Assembly: GCA_040218735.1 (NCBI GenBank)
Contig: JAVJQW010000020.1
Coordinates: 1 to 64,000 of the forward strand
Direction: 5' to 3'
From: Deltaproteobacteria bacterium
GTDB lineage: Bacteria > Myxococcota > Kuafuiibacteriia > Kuafuiibacteriales > Kuafuiibacteriaceae
DNA length: 64,000 bases
In this document: piece by piece, positions 51,423 to 61,400 of the stretch
Layout of the letters: each line of letters starts with the position of its first letter
How positions within the stretch are numbered: position 1 is the stretch's first letter
Notes under the pieces: generated by a model
Told to the model about the DNA's origin: nothing
Seen by the model: the letters and a program-made list of their open reading frames with translations, nothing else
The model's database searches: none
Made by a program: the position numbers and the translations under genes

Positions 51423-52951
51423 ACCATCGCTCTCATCGTCGTCGGCGCGAGCCACGTGCTCGGCCGACGGTAACGCATGGCTTCCGCCACGTGGTTTTCA
51501 TCGATTCGTTCCGCGCCGTCGAGATCCGCGATCGATCGGGCGACGCGCAGTCCGCGCTCCCATCCGCGCGCCGACAGGCTCAGCTGCGCCATGCAGGTCT
51601 TCATGAGGGTCCGTGCGCTGCGCGTGAGTGGGGCCTCCCGACGAAGTTGGCGACCGCTCAGCCTCGCGTTGATACCTTGCCGCTCACCGCCGCGCTCTCG
51701 CGCCGCCGCGACCCGTTCACGGATCGCCGAGGAGGGTTCGGAGGCCTCGTCGGTCATCAACGCCTCTGGATCGATCGCAGGCGTTTCGACGATGAGATCG
51801 ATCCGATCCAACAAGGCACCGCTGATCCGACCCGCGTAGCGACTCACTTCGTCCGACGAACATCGACACTGCCCCGTCGCGCTCCCCAGCCAACCACAGG
51901 GGCACGGATTGGCCGCTGCCACCAACATGAACGACGCCGGGAGCCGGACGGTTTGTCGCGCGCGCGCGATGACGACCTCACGATCCTCCATCGGCTGTCG
52001 CAGCGACTCCAAGACGTGCCGCGGTAGCTCCGGCATCTCATCGAGGAACAACACCCCGTGGTGCGCCAGTGAGACTTCACCGGGGCGGATCGGATGCCCG
52101 CCTCCGATCAGACCGGCCTCACTCACCGTGTGGTGAGGCGCGCGGAACGGACGTGCGTCCAACAGTCGGCCCGACCGGAGCGTGAGCCCCGCCGCCGAGT
52201 GAACCTGGGTGACTTCGATCCGCTCCGTGAGCGACAGCGGCGGGAGGATCGTACCCACGCGCCGCGCCAACATCGTCTTGCCCGCGCCGGGGTTCCCGAC
52301 CATCAAGACGTTGTGACCACCGACCGCGGCAATCTCCAGCGCGCGCCGCGCGAGCGTTTGTCCGCGGACCTCGCTGAAGTCACAGGCCTCGTCGTCGTAG
52401 GCCGCCGGTGTCACCTCGGTCGACGGAGGCGGGAGCACCGACTCGCCCTTGAGGTGACCGACCAACGCCTCGAGCGTCGGGCTCGCGACGACGTCGATCC
52501 CCGCGACACTCGCCGCCTCCGCACCGTTGTCGAACGGCACGATGATCTTCGTTCGCCCCGAAGCTTTCGCGAGCGCCGCGATCGACAGGGCGCCGCGCAC
52601 GGCGCGCAGGTGCCCCGACAGCGACAACTCACCAACGATCAGCGCACCTTCCACCGACTCCGGCGGCAGGTGCCCCGCCGCGACGAGCAAACCCACGGCC
52701 ATCGGGAGGTCGAGCGACGCGCCGTCCTTTCTGAGCGCCGCCGGGGCCAGATTCACCGTGATGCGTTTGCTCGGCAGGTGAAGCTCCGCGGAGCGCAAGG
52801 CAGCTTGCACGCGGTAGCGCGCCTCCTTCACCGCGGCGTCGCCCAGGCCGATGATCGAGAAGAACGGTAGGCCCTGCGCGAGCTCGATCTCGACGTCCAC
52901 CGGCCGGGCCTCGACGCCGACGACCGTCGCGGTGCGAATGGAAGCGACCAC
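51419..52951 (-). CDS. comM: ComM/YifB Mg-chelatase-like AAA+ ATPase
   Basis: ITVNLAPA, HNVLMVGNPGAGKTMLA, RPFRAPHHT, PGEVSLAHHGVLFLDE, ANPCPCG, ISGALLDRID. Confidence 0.95.
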   Translation of the reverse strand: MVASIRTATVVGVEARPVDVEIELAQGLPFFSIIGLGDAAVKEARYRVQAALRSAELHLPSKRITVNLAPAALRKDGASLDLPMAVGLLVAAGHLPPESVEGALIVGELSLSGHLRAVRGALSIAALAKASGRTKIIVPFDNGAEAASVAGIDVVASPTLEALVGHLKGESVLPPPSTEVTPAAYDDEACDFSEVRGQTLARRALEIAAVGGHNVLMVGNPGAGKTMLARRVGTILPPLSLTERIEVTQVHSAAGLTLRSGRLLDARPFRAPHHTVSEAGLIGGGHPIRPGEVSLAHHGVLFLDEMPELPRHVLESLRQPMEDREVVIARARQTVRLPASFMLVAAANPCPCGWLGSATGQCRCSSDEVSRYAGRISGALLDRIDLIVETPAIDPEALMTDEASEPSSAIRERVAAARERGGERQGINARLSGRQLRREAPLTRSARTLMKTCMAQLSLSARGWERGLRVARSIADLDGAERIDENHVAEAMRYRRPSTWLAPTTMRAMV

Positions 52952-52964
52952 GGCGCCGTGCAAG

Positions 52965-52980
52965 AGCAAACACGAGGCCA
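52965..52980 (-). promoter_or_regulatory. Sigma54-type -24/-12 promoter of comM-ogt
   Basis: Minus strand TGGCCTCGTGTTTGCT; GG-N10-GC spacing exact. Confidence 0.7.
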
Positions 52981-53011
52981 ACCCTGCGCGCGGATCCGGC
53001 CCGTCGATATC

Positions 53012-53066
53012 TCCGAAAACCGGACGACGTCCGAAATGCGTCCGAAAGCGTTCGATTTTCGAAAGA
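53012..53066. promoter_or_regulatory. Upstream palindrome array, copy 2 (candidate enhancer/operator)
   Basis: TCCGAAAACCGGA...TCCGAAATGCGTC...TTCGATTTTCGAA; aligns ungapped with 49700-49754. Confidence 0.7.
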
Positions 53067-53074
53067 CGTCCGGC

Positions 53075-54049
53075 TCAGTCCGAAGTCGCGAGCGCTCCGA
53101 GCGAGGCGCCGACCGCGTCCGTCGGATCGATCGGCACGCTCCCGCGCCGCACTTCGAAATGGAGGTGAGGCCCCGTCGACCGCCCGGTGTTCCCGACCAG
53201 CCCGATCGGCGTCCCGCGGTGCACCTCCGCGCCGACGCCGACGAGCGCGCGCTTGAGGTGCGCGTACATGGTCACGAAGCCGCCGGCGTGTTGGACGACG
53301 ACCGTCCGTCCGTGTCCACCGAGCCACCCGACCGAGGACACCCGTCCGGGGCCGGCCGCGCTCACCACGTCGCCGCGGTTCGCGCCGAGGTCGACGCCCG
53401 CGTGAAAGCGCACCTCTTCCTCTCCTAGTATGGGATCACGTCGATAACCGAACGGGCTCGTCACGATGAGCGGGGTGAGCGGCCAGGCCAGGCGGACGTC
53501 GTACTTGGGTTTGGTGCTTCGGCGGCGCGCGACCTTTCGGCTCGCCTGCATGTGCATCGCGACCTTCACGAAGTCATCACGGACGCGACGCGCGAGGGTG
53601 TCGGGCGGGGCCCCGAAGCGCATCTTCGTCTTGTCGAGCTCGACCTCCAGCGTGACGCGGGTCTGGATGAGCACACGTCGAGGCAACGCGCCGCGCGGTG
53701 CGCCGAGGCCTTTTTCCACCCGTACTAATATGGCCTCGAACGCTTCGACCATCGGGCGCGGCCAGACGGAGGCTTCGTCGAGCTCCTTCGCGAGCGCCTG
53801 CCGCCGCGCGCTGAAGCGGAGCAGGTCGAGCTCGAGCGCGTGGGCGAGGGCCTCGTAGTCCACGGCGACGGTCCGGGAGTCGTCGAGGGTGAGCGCCCGT
53901 CGAGTGGGTCGTTTGGCCCGCTTCAGCGGGGAGACGGCGGGGCGAAGATCGGCGACGCCGTCGGCGCGATCCTGCTCCCACGTCGTCCGGCCGGTGCTGG
54001 CCGAGCAGCCGGCCAGGGCCAGCGCGAAGACGAGGGCGCGTCGAGGCAC
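53075..54049 (-). CDS. M23-family metallopeptidase lipoprotein
   Basis: LAGC lipobox; FHAGVDL, TMYAHL, TGRSTGPHLHFEVR. Confidence 0.93.
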   Translation of the reverse strand: MPRRALVFALALAGCSASTGRTTWEQDRADGVADLRPAVSPLKRAKRPTRRALTLDDSRTVAVDYEALAHALELDLLRFSARRQALAKELDEASVWPRPMVEAFEAILVRVEKGLGAPRGALPRRVLIQTRVTLEVELDKTKMRFGAPPDTLARRVRDDFVKVAMHMQASRKVARRRSTKPKYDVRLAWPLTPLIVTSPFGYRRDPILGEEEVRFHAGVDLGANRGDVVSAAGPGRVSSVGWLGGHGRTVVVQHAGGFVTMYAHLKRALVGVGAEVHRGTPIGLVGNTGRSTGPHLHFEVRRGSVPIDPTDAVGASLGALATSD

Positions 54050-54268
54050 GCCCCATCATTCGGTCAATGGGCGCGGGTTTCAAGCGAATGACCGCCGCCG
54101 GCCGGTCGCCGACCCCGAGTCCAGGTCCAAGTGAACGGTCGGGGAAGCATGTGGTTGACCAGGTACCAGGGTGGGCACCACCCAAGATCGTATTTTGACA
54201 CGCGGTTTCGCCCCCTACCTTTCGGGCTGCCGAGCCCAGCGGCACGACTGGGTGCAGGAGATACTTTC

Positions 54269-57200
54269 GTGACTCGAAGCACGACCAAGACGACCACCGC
54301 GCTCCTCGGGGCGCTCGCGATCACCGGCTTTCTGCCCCGCTGCAGCTGCGACGAAGGCCCCGGCATTCAACGCGCCGCCGTTCAGATGAAGCTGACGTAC
54401 GTCGAAGAGGAGCCGTGCTCCGGCGCACAGATCCCGCGACGCATCCCCGACGACTACACCACCGGCCTGAACCCCTCCACCGACTTCGGGTCGGTCGGCA
54501 CGCGCAGGTTCGAAGTGCGCTCCGTGGGCATCGCGCCGCTGAACGTCGTCAGCGTGGAGCTCGTGAATCAGGGCACGTCAGGTGAGCCCGACCCCGAGTT
54601 CACACTCGCGTTGACCGACGTCGCCGGCGAACCCGTCACGCTGCCGGTCAGCATCGCCGCGAGCGCCGATCCCGCCGCGCCGCCCGGCCTGATCATCACG
54701 GTCGACTACGGCTCGCAGGACACGGAGTCCGACCTCGTCAACCTCGTCGTGACGACCGACGATCCCGAGCGCGAGATCGTCGAGTTCGGTCTGTCCGCGG
54801 GTCGCGGCCGGATCGAAGTCATGGGCAACGCGGTCTGCACCGGGATGGACGGCGTCGAGCGCCCGTGCCTCGACTTCTCGAATGTCAGCATCGACAGCGA
54901 GGGCACGGAGACCGTCGTCATCAAGAACGTCGGCGAAGGTGATCTCGACCTGCGCTCCGTTCGCCTCGAGTCCGAGTCCCTCGAGTTCTGCGCCTTCGAA
55001 GCGACGGAGATCCCGGACGGCGTCGAAGACTGCGCGCCCGTCCCGCAGTGCCTCGTCATCCCGCCCGGCGGCGAGTACCAGGTGCGCGTCCGCTACCGTC
55101 CGGTCGACGGTGGCCTCGACCGCGGCACGATCTACGTCGCGTCCGGCGACGCCAACGCCGGCACGATCGAAGTCCCGATCAACGCGCAGGGCGCGGGCCC
55201 CGGCATCTGCGTGTCGGTCGTCGAGAACGGCGTCGCGACGCCGGTGACCTTCGTCGACTTCGGCCTCGCGAACGTCAACGAAGGCGTGGCGCGCACCGTC
55301 CGCCTCGAGTCGTGCGGCACGGACTCCGTCGACATCACCGAAGCGGTCCTCGAGACGATGGGCCTCTTCGAGACCGGCCCCGAGTTTTCGATCACCCGGC
55401 CGTTCGACATCGGCCTGAAGGCGCCGCTCGAGTTCGCCGAGGGTGAGATCACGTACACGCCCACGTCGGGCGGGATGCACCGCGGCGGCCTGCGCTACCG
55501 CATCGCGAGCCTCATGACGAACGCGTGGGTGCGCCTCGAAGGCGCCGCGTCGACGTGTGACCTCGAAGTGTTCCCGCAGAACGTCAACTTCGGGACCGTC
55601 GCTGGCGGCGCCATCGGCCAGCGCGACGTCGTGCTCGCCAACAACGGCGCGCGCGACTGCATGGTCACGGACATCACCGACCCGGACAACAGCTACTCGA
55701 TCCCGATGCGTCCGACGCTGCCGCTGACGATCGCGCCCGGCGCAACGCAGATCGTCCGCGTCGAGTTCGCTCCGCCGACCGGCCCCGTCGCGAACTACAC
55801 GTCGTCGTTCGACGTCACGAGCGACGAACCCGGACCGGGCGCGACGAACACCGTCAACCTCAACGCCGAGGGCGGCGGGACGCCGGTGTGCCAGATCCGT
55901 CTGACCCCGAGCGGCAACGACATCGGAATCATGCCGAAGGACGGTCGTCTGCGGTTCGGCGCGGTGAACATCGGCTACACGAAGTCCCTCCCGATTCGCG
56001 TCGAGAACGTCGGCAACGCAGATTGCACGTTCAACAACTTCACGATGACGGTGCAGGAGCCGACGCAGTTCTCCATCACGCCGGTCCGCACCGTGCCCGC
56101 GCAGATCCCGGCCGGCGGTACCTTCCAGCTCGACGTGACGTTCGCGCCGACGATGGAGGCGAGCACGCTCACCGGGACCTACGGCGGCATCTTCAACTAC
56201 GTGAACTTCACGATGAGCGGCCCGGGCCTCGCGCAGACCGACTACGGCATCTCGATCTCCGCGCAGCCCACGCGCCCGACGATCGACGTGATCCCGGGGA
56301 TGGTCGACTTCGGCGTGGTCACTTGGGAGAACCCGCTCCCGCCGGACAACCGCAGCACCTGCGGTTCGACGACGCGCTCGGTGAACATCTACAACTCGGG
56401 CAACGGCCCGCTGAACCTGACGGACGTGTCGATCGACACCACGTCGGATCCGGTCTTCCTCATCACCGCGATGCGAAAGGGCGCGCAGACGATCTCGCCG
56501 CCGTACCAGAACATCATGCTCGCCGCGGGTGAGTCCGCGAGCGTCGACCTGCGCTTCTTCCCGTCGCGCGCGACGCCGGCCGCCCACAACGGCCTGCTCG
56601 TGATCGACAACGACGTGACGAACGCGGGCGGCATGGGGTCGCCGCTGACGATTCCGTTGCTCGGCGAAGGCACGATCAACTCGCAGCAGACCGACGTCTT
56701 CCAGCAGCTCACCGACAACAAGGTCGACATCCTGTGGGTGGTCGACGACTCGGGCTCGATGAGCGAGGAGCAGAACCTGCTCGCGAACAACTTCGCAGGG
56801 TTCATCGGGTACGCGGACAACCTCCCGGGCGGCGTCGACTACCAGGTCGCCGTCACCACCACCGAGGTGAACGACGGCGTCTCCGGCCACATCTGGGCGT
56901 GCAACGGGTACAACAAGATCCTCACGCGCAGCGACCCGAACCGCGTCGCCGCGTTCCAGTGCGCCGCGAACGTGACGAACCCGCCGGGCGGCAACTCGCG
57001 CCCGAACCCCACGGGCTCGGACGAGCAGGAGGCGGGGCTGCAGGCCGCGCGCATCGCGCTCGACGTCCCGGTCATCAACAACGAAAACGCCGGCTTCCTG
57101 CGGAGCGACGCGCGCCTCGCGGTCATCATGGTCAGCGACGAGGAAGACCAGTCGGACGGAACGGTGAACCTGTACATCGACTTCTTCCGCAACATCAAAG

Positions 57201-57586
57201 GCTTCGCGAACCCGCAGCTCGTGAGTGTCTCGGCGATCGCCGGTGACGTCCCGGGCGGCTGCGCGACGGCCGTCGAAGGGGCGCGGTACAACGCGGTGGC
57301 GCAGGCGCTCGGCGGACAGTTCGAGTCGATCTGCTCGCAGTCGTGGGCGCAGCTCCTCCAGAACATCGGCCTCGACGTCTTCGCGCTGCGCCGCGCGTGG
57401 ACGCTGTCGCGCCCCGCCAACCCGACGACGATCGTCGTTCGGGTGAACGGCGTGGTCGTGCCGCAGAACGGGACCAACGGTTGGACGTACGACTCCACGT
57501 CGAACACCGTGACGTTCCACGGCATGCAGATCCCGCCTGCGGGATCGACGGTCGAGATCCAGTACGGAACGCAGTGCCTCATGTAG
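54269..57586 (+). CDS. Large surface lipoprotein with repeated Ig-like (choice-of-anchor D/ASH-like) domains and C-terminal VWA
   Basis: GTG 54269 with AGGAG RBS; repeated (D/N)FGxV...V.I.NxG units; KVDILWVVDDSGSMSEEQ MIDAS; LAVIMVSDEED. Confidence 0.88.
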   Translation: MTRSTTKTTTALLGALAITGFLPRCSCDEGPGIQRAAVQMKLTYVEEEPCSGAQIPRRIPDDYTTGLNPSTDFGSVGTRRFEVRSVGIAPLNVVSVELVNQGTSGEPDPEFTLALTDVAGEPVTLPVSIAASADPAAPPGLIITVDYGSQDTESDLVNLVVTTDDPEREIVEFGLSAGRGRIEVMGNAVCTGMDGVERPCLDFSNVSIDSEGTETVVIKNVGEGDLDLRSVRLESESLEFCAFEATEIPDGVEDCAPVPQCLVIPPGGEYQVRVRYRPVDGGLDRGTIYVASGDANAGTIEVPINAQGAGPGICVSVVENGVATPVTFVDFGLANVNEGVARTVRLESCGTDSVDITEAVLETMGLFETGPEFSITRPFDIGLKAPLEFAEGEITYTPTSGGMHRGGLRYRIASLMTNAWVRLEGAASTCDLEVFPQNVNFGTVAGGAIGQRDVVLANNGARDCMVTDITDPDNSYSIPMRPTLPLTIAPGATQIVRVEFAPPTGPVANYTSSFDVTSDEPGPGATNTVNLNAEGGGTPVCQIRLTPSGNDIGIMPKDGRLRFGAVNIGYTKSLPIRVENVGNADCTFNNFTMTVQEPTQFSITPVRTVPAQIPAGGTFQLDVTFAPTMEASTLTGTYGGIFNYVNFTMSGPGLAQTDYGISISAQPTRPTIDVIPGMVDFGVVTWENPLPPDNRSTCGSTTRSVNIYNSGNGPLNLTDVSIDTTSDPVFLITAMRKGAQTISPPYQNIMLAAGESASVDLRFFPSRATPAAHNGLLVIDNDVTNAGGMGSPLTIPLLGEGTINSQQTDVFQQLTDNKVDILWVVDDSGSMSEEQNLLANNFAGFIGYADNLPGGVDYQVAVTTTEVNDGVSGHIWACNGYNKILTRSDPNRVAAFQCAANVTNPPGGNSRPNPTGSDEQEAGLQAARIALDVPVINNENAGFLRSDARLAVIMVSDEEDQSDGTVNLYIDFFRNIKGFANPQLVSVSAIAGDVPGGCATAVEGARYNAVAQALGGQFESICSQSWAQLLQNIGLDVFALRRAWTLSRPANPTTIVVRVNGVVVPQNGTNGWTYDSTSNTVTFHGMQIPPAGSTVEIQYGTQCLM

Positions 57587-58374
57587 AGGGCCGCGCCCTC
57601 ACCGACATCTTCGACGAAACGCTCGGGGCCACACGTCGTGACCTCGGGCGCTTCCTCGTCTTGGCGCTCCTGGTGTGGCCGGTGACGACCGCGACGCTCG
57701 GGCTCGCGATCGAGCTCGGCGCCGACGCGTTCACCCGGCCGAACACCGAGGCGTGGCTCCTGCTCGCGTTCTTCGTCGCGTGGGTCGGGCAGTACGCGGC
57801 GCTGACGTGGCTCCAGCTCTGCGTCGCGATTCACTACGAGGACCGAACGCTGCCGTTTTCAACGCTCGCGGCCCGAACCTTCCGCCGGTTGGGCGACGCG
57901 TTCGTCGCCAACGCGCCCGGCTACGCCGCCGGCGGCGCAGCGGTCCTCGCGGTCGCGGCCTACGCGCGGGTGATGCTCGCGATCATCGAGGCGCCGTCGC
58001 CCAATGCGATGGGGATCGCGTTGGCGGGAGGCCTCGTGATGCTCGCGGTCCTGGCCGCCGCACTCGCCGTCATCCTCCGCAACACAACCGCCGTCGTGCA
58101 CGTGGGGCGCTTCGGAACCGCGGGTCGGGCCGCGTGGCGCGCCTCCGCGCAGTCCGTCCGGGGGCGCCGCGGCCAGGCGCTGATGCTCCTCGCGGCCCCG
58201 CTCGCGCTGACCCTCGTCGCGGGGGCCGTCGAGTCCGCGATCATACCGTCTGGTCTGCAGTCGTTCGGGACGGGGGCTTGGACGTGGATCGCGCTCCTGC
58301 TGCGCCAGGGCACGGCAGCGCTCGTGGCCGTCCCCGCCGCCATCGCTTGGTGTGTGTGGGTTTCCATGTCCTGA
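57574..58374 (+). CDS. Hypothetical polytopic membrane protein
   Basis: About 6 hydrophobic helices; GTG 57574 overlaps the upstream gene end. Confidence 0.65.
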   Translation: MPHVEGRALTDIFDETLGATRRDLGRFLVLALLVWPVTTATLGLAIELGADAFTRPNTEAWLLLAFFVAWVGQYAALTWLQLCVAIHYEDRTLPFSTLAARTFRRLGDAFVANAPGYAAGGAAVLAVAAYARVMLAIIEAPSPNAMGIALAGGLVMLAVLAAALAVILRNTTAVVHVGRFGTAGRAAWRASAQSVRGRRGQALMLLAAPLALTLVAGAVESAIIPSGLQSFGTGAWTWIALLLRQGTAALVAVPAAIAWCVWVSMS

Positions 58375-58442
58375 GGGGCCTCGCGGGGGGCCGCATACGC
58401 TCGCCGTGCCAGACGGTGTACCCTGGACCCGGGTCGTCTCGC

Positions 58443-61400
58443 TTGTCTCGATTCCGAACACGCTCCCGGGCGCACGCCGGGACTGTGATCTTCGTCGCGT
58501 TCATGGGACTCGACGTCGCGCCGGCGCGCGCAGACGGATTCGACAGCTGGATCCGGGACCACTGGAGCACGCGCAACGGGCTGCCGCAGAGCTCGGTGAT
58601 CGATCTCGCGCAGTCCGACGACGGCGTCATGTGGCTGGCGACCTACGGCGGCCTCGCGCGTTTCGACGGCCACGCGTTCGACGTCTTCGATCGCGAACGC
58701 CTCCCCGACGATCGCTTCAACGTGCTCCACCTCGGCGGCGACGGCGCGCTCTGGCTCGGCGGCGACGTCCACCTCTACCGCCTCGAAGGCGGCGTCGTCG
58801 AAGCGGTGGGGCCCGAGACTCCCATCTGGACGATCGCGGAGGACGCGTCCGGTCGGATCTTCGCGGGGTCGAAGAGCGGCGCGTTCCGCGTCACGGGCAC
58901 GCAGGTCGAAGTGCTCCCGGTCGACGGTGACGTTCGACGTTTCCTCGTGATCGACGACGAGGTCATCGCGATCCTCTTCAACGGTCGAACCGTCTGCGTG
59001 AGCGAACACTGCCGATCGCTCCCCGAGGCGCCTCCGGATCCGGGGCTGCACGAGTGGCGCGTGGATCCCGAAGGGCACCTCATCGTCGCGACCCCGCGCG
59101 GCGTCTACGTCCGCGAGGGCGACACGTGGGCGCTCCGGCTCGAAGTCGCCGCGCCGAACGTGCTCTGGCCGCCCGCGTGCCTGGCGTGGCGGGGCGCGAC
59201 CTGGTGCACCGTCGGCGACGGGATTCATCACCTCGATCAACCACCGGCGGAGCCGCTCTCGCGTCCACGCTTCAGCGCGACGCGCCTGTTCGCGGATCGA
59301 CAGGGCGGACTGTGGATGGGTTCGGACGGCGGCGGCGTCCAACGACTTCAACCCCCGGCGTTCGAGTACGTGCACGCGGACTGGCCGGTCTTCGACGTCG
59401 CGGAGGCCCCCGCCGGCGCGGTTCACGTCGGCGTTCGCTCGAAGCACGGTCCGGCCGACAACCCTTGGGATCCCGACGTCGCGTTCTGGCCGGAGCAAAG
59501 CGGGGTCCTCCTCGTGACGCCGAACTACGCGACCGTGCAGCGCTACTCGTCCGCGGGGCTCGTCACGGTCGGCGCGATCGAAGGGCTCGTGCCCGCGCCG
59601 GGCCACTCCCGGGACCTGCCGGTCGAAGGCCCGTGGGTCGCGGTGGACGCCAAGCTGTACGCGGTGCAGCGGGATGCGCTTGCGCTCGTCTTCGACGGAA
59701 CATCGCTGGGCTACGCGCGGGTCCGCCCGATTCGCGGCGATGAACACGAAGTCTGGGTCGTGGCTGACGACCGCGACCTCCTCGCGCTCGTCGACGGTGT
59801 GATCGAGCGTCGCTACGACGTCGCCGCCTTTGCGCAGATCCGCGACGTCGTCTCCACGTCCGACCGCATCCTCCTCGCGACCTACGGGAGCGGCTTGCTC
59901 TACATCGAGCGGGGCAGTGACACCGTCCGAGCCTTCGCCGGCGCCTGCGACAAGTTCGTCTCGCACATCTTCGACCTCGAAACGGACGTGTGGCTCAACA
60001 CCAACCGTGGGCTCGGCTACGTCGCGAAGGCGTCGCTGAGCACCTGGCGCCCCGACGCGCCGGCCGTCGACTGCCAGCTCATCGGCACCTTCGAAGGTAA
60101 TGGCACGGGGGGGATCGTGACGACATCGGGCGCGCTCGTCGCCCCCACGCTTCGCGGCGCGGTGCGCATCCACCCCGCGAGCTATCGAGAGGCCGCGCCC
60201 CTCACGACCAACATCGTGGCGTTCGAGTTCGGCGGCGTCGACGTGTCCGCCGACGGCGAAGCGCGCGGACCGGGCCGCCTCGCGATTCGATTCTCGGCCC
60301 CCAACTTCCGTAGCCCGGATCTCACCGCGTACCGGTATCGTCTGGTCGGCGCGCACGACGCGTGGTCCGCGCCGTCCGACGTGCGCGCCGTGGACTACCC
60401 CGCGTTGCCGCCGGGGACGTATCGCTTCGACGTGCAGGCCCGCAGCGTCGGCCGGTGGGGGCCGGTCGAGTCCGCGACGTTTCGGCGTCTGCCGGCGTGG
60501 TGGGAGACGCGGTGGGCGCGCGCGGGCTTGCCCGCGGCGGGCGTCGCGCTCTTCGGCGGTCTGCTGACGATCGCGCTGGTCCGATCTCGCCGGCGCAACG
60601 CGGAGCTCGCCGAAGAGGTGAAGCGCCGCGTGGAAGCGCGCCGCGAGCTCGAGGAACAGATCCAACGGAACGAGAAGCTCGCGCGGGACATGGAGGTCGC
60701 GCGTCGCCTCGAAGCGCTCGGCCGCCTCTCGGGGGGCATCGCGCACGACGTGAACAACGTGCTCACCGCCGTCGGCGGCTACGCTTCCGTGCTCGCCGAG
60801 CACCACGATCCGGCGGTGCGCGCCGAGGCCGACGGGCTCGTCGACGCCGTACGCCGAGGCTCGGAGGTCACGCGAGGCCTCCTCCAGTTCGGCCGGACGG
60901 CGAAAGACGACGAGGGCACCGTCGACATCGCGGCGCGCGCCGAGGAGCTGTTCCCGTTGCTGCGCCGGCTCATCCGATCCGACATCGAGCTGCACCTCGA
61001 CGTGGAGCCGACGTGCCTGGTCGCACTGCCTTCGGGGCAGACGGACCAGCTCCTCACGAACCTCGTGCTCAACGCGCGCGACGCCATCGACAGCTCCGGC
61101 CACGTCACGGTGCGCGTAAAGACGGAGGGGGAGCTCGTCATCCTCACGGTCGAGGACGACGGGCGAGGGATGAGTGAGGCGCAGCTCGCGCACGCGCTCG
61201 AGCCCTACTTCACGACCAAGGCGCTGGGGGAGGGCACCGGTCTCGGCCTCGCCACGGTGCACGGGATCGCGACGAACGTCGGTGGCGATGTGACCATCGA
61301 CTCCGAGCTCGGTCGCGGTACCCGTGTGGTCGTGCGGCTCCCGCGGGCGGCGGAGGTCATCTCGGAGAAACCGGCGAAGGTCGAGGAGCCCGAACCGATC

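Noticed and set aside
54195-54221. TTGACA...TACCTT promoter for the Ig/VWA gene
   Set aside because: Spacer is only 15 nt and the -10 is weak, so it was not called.
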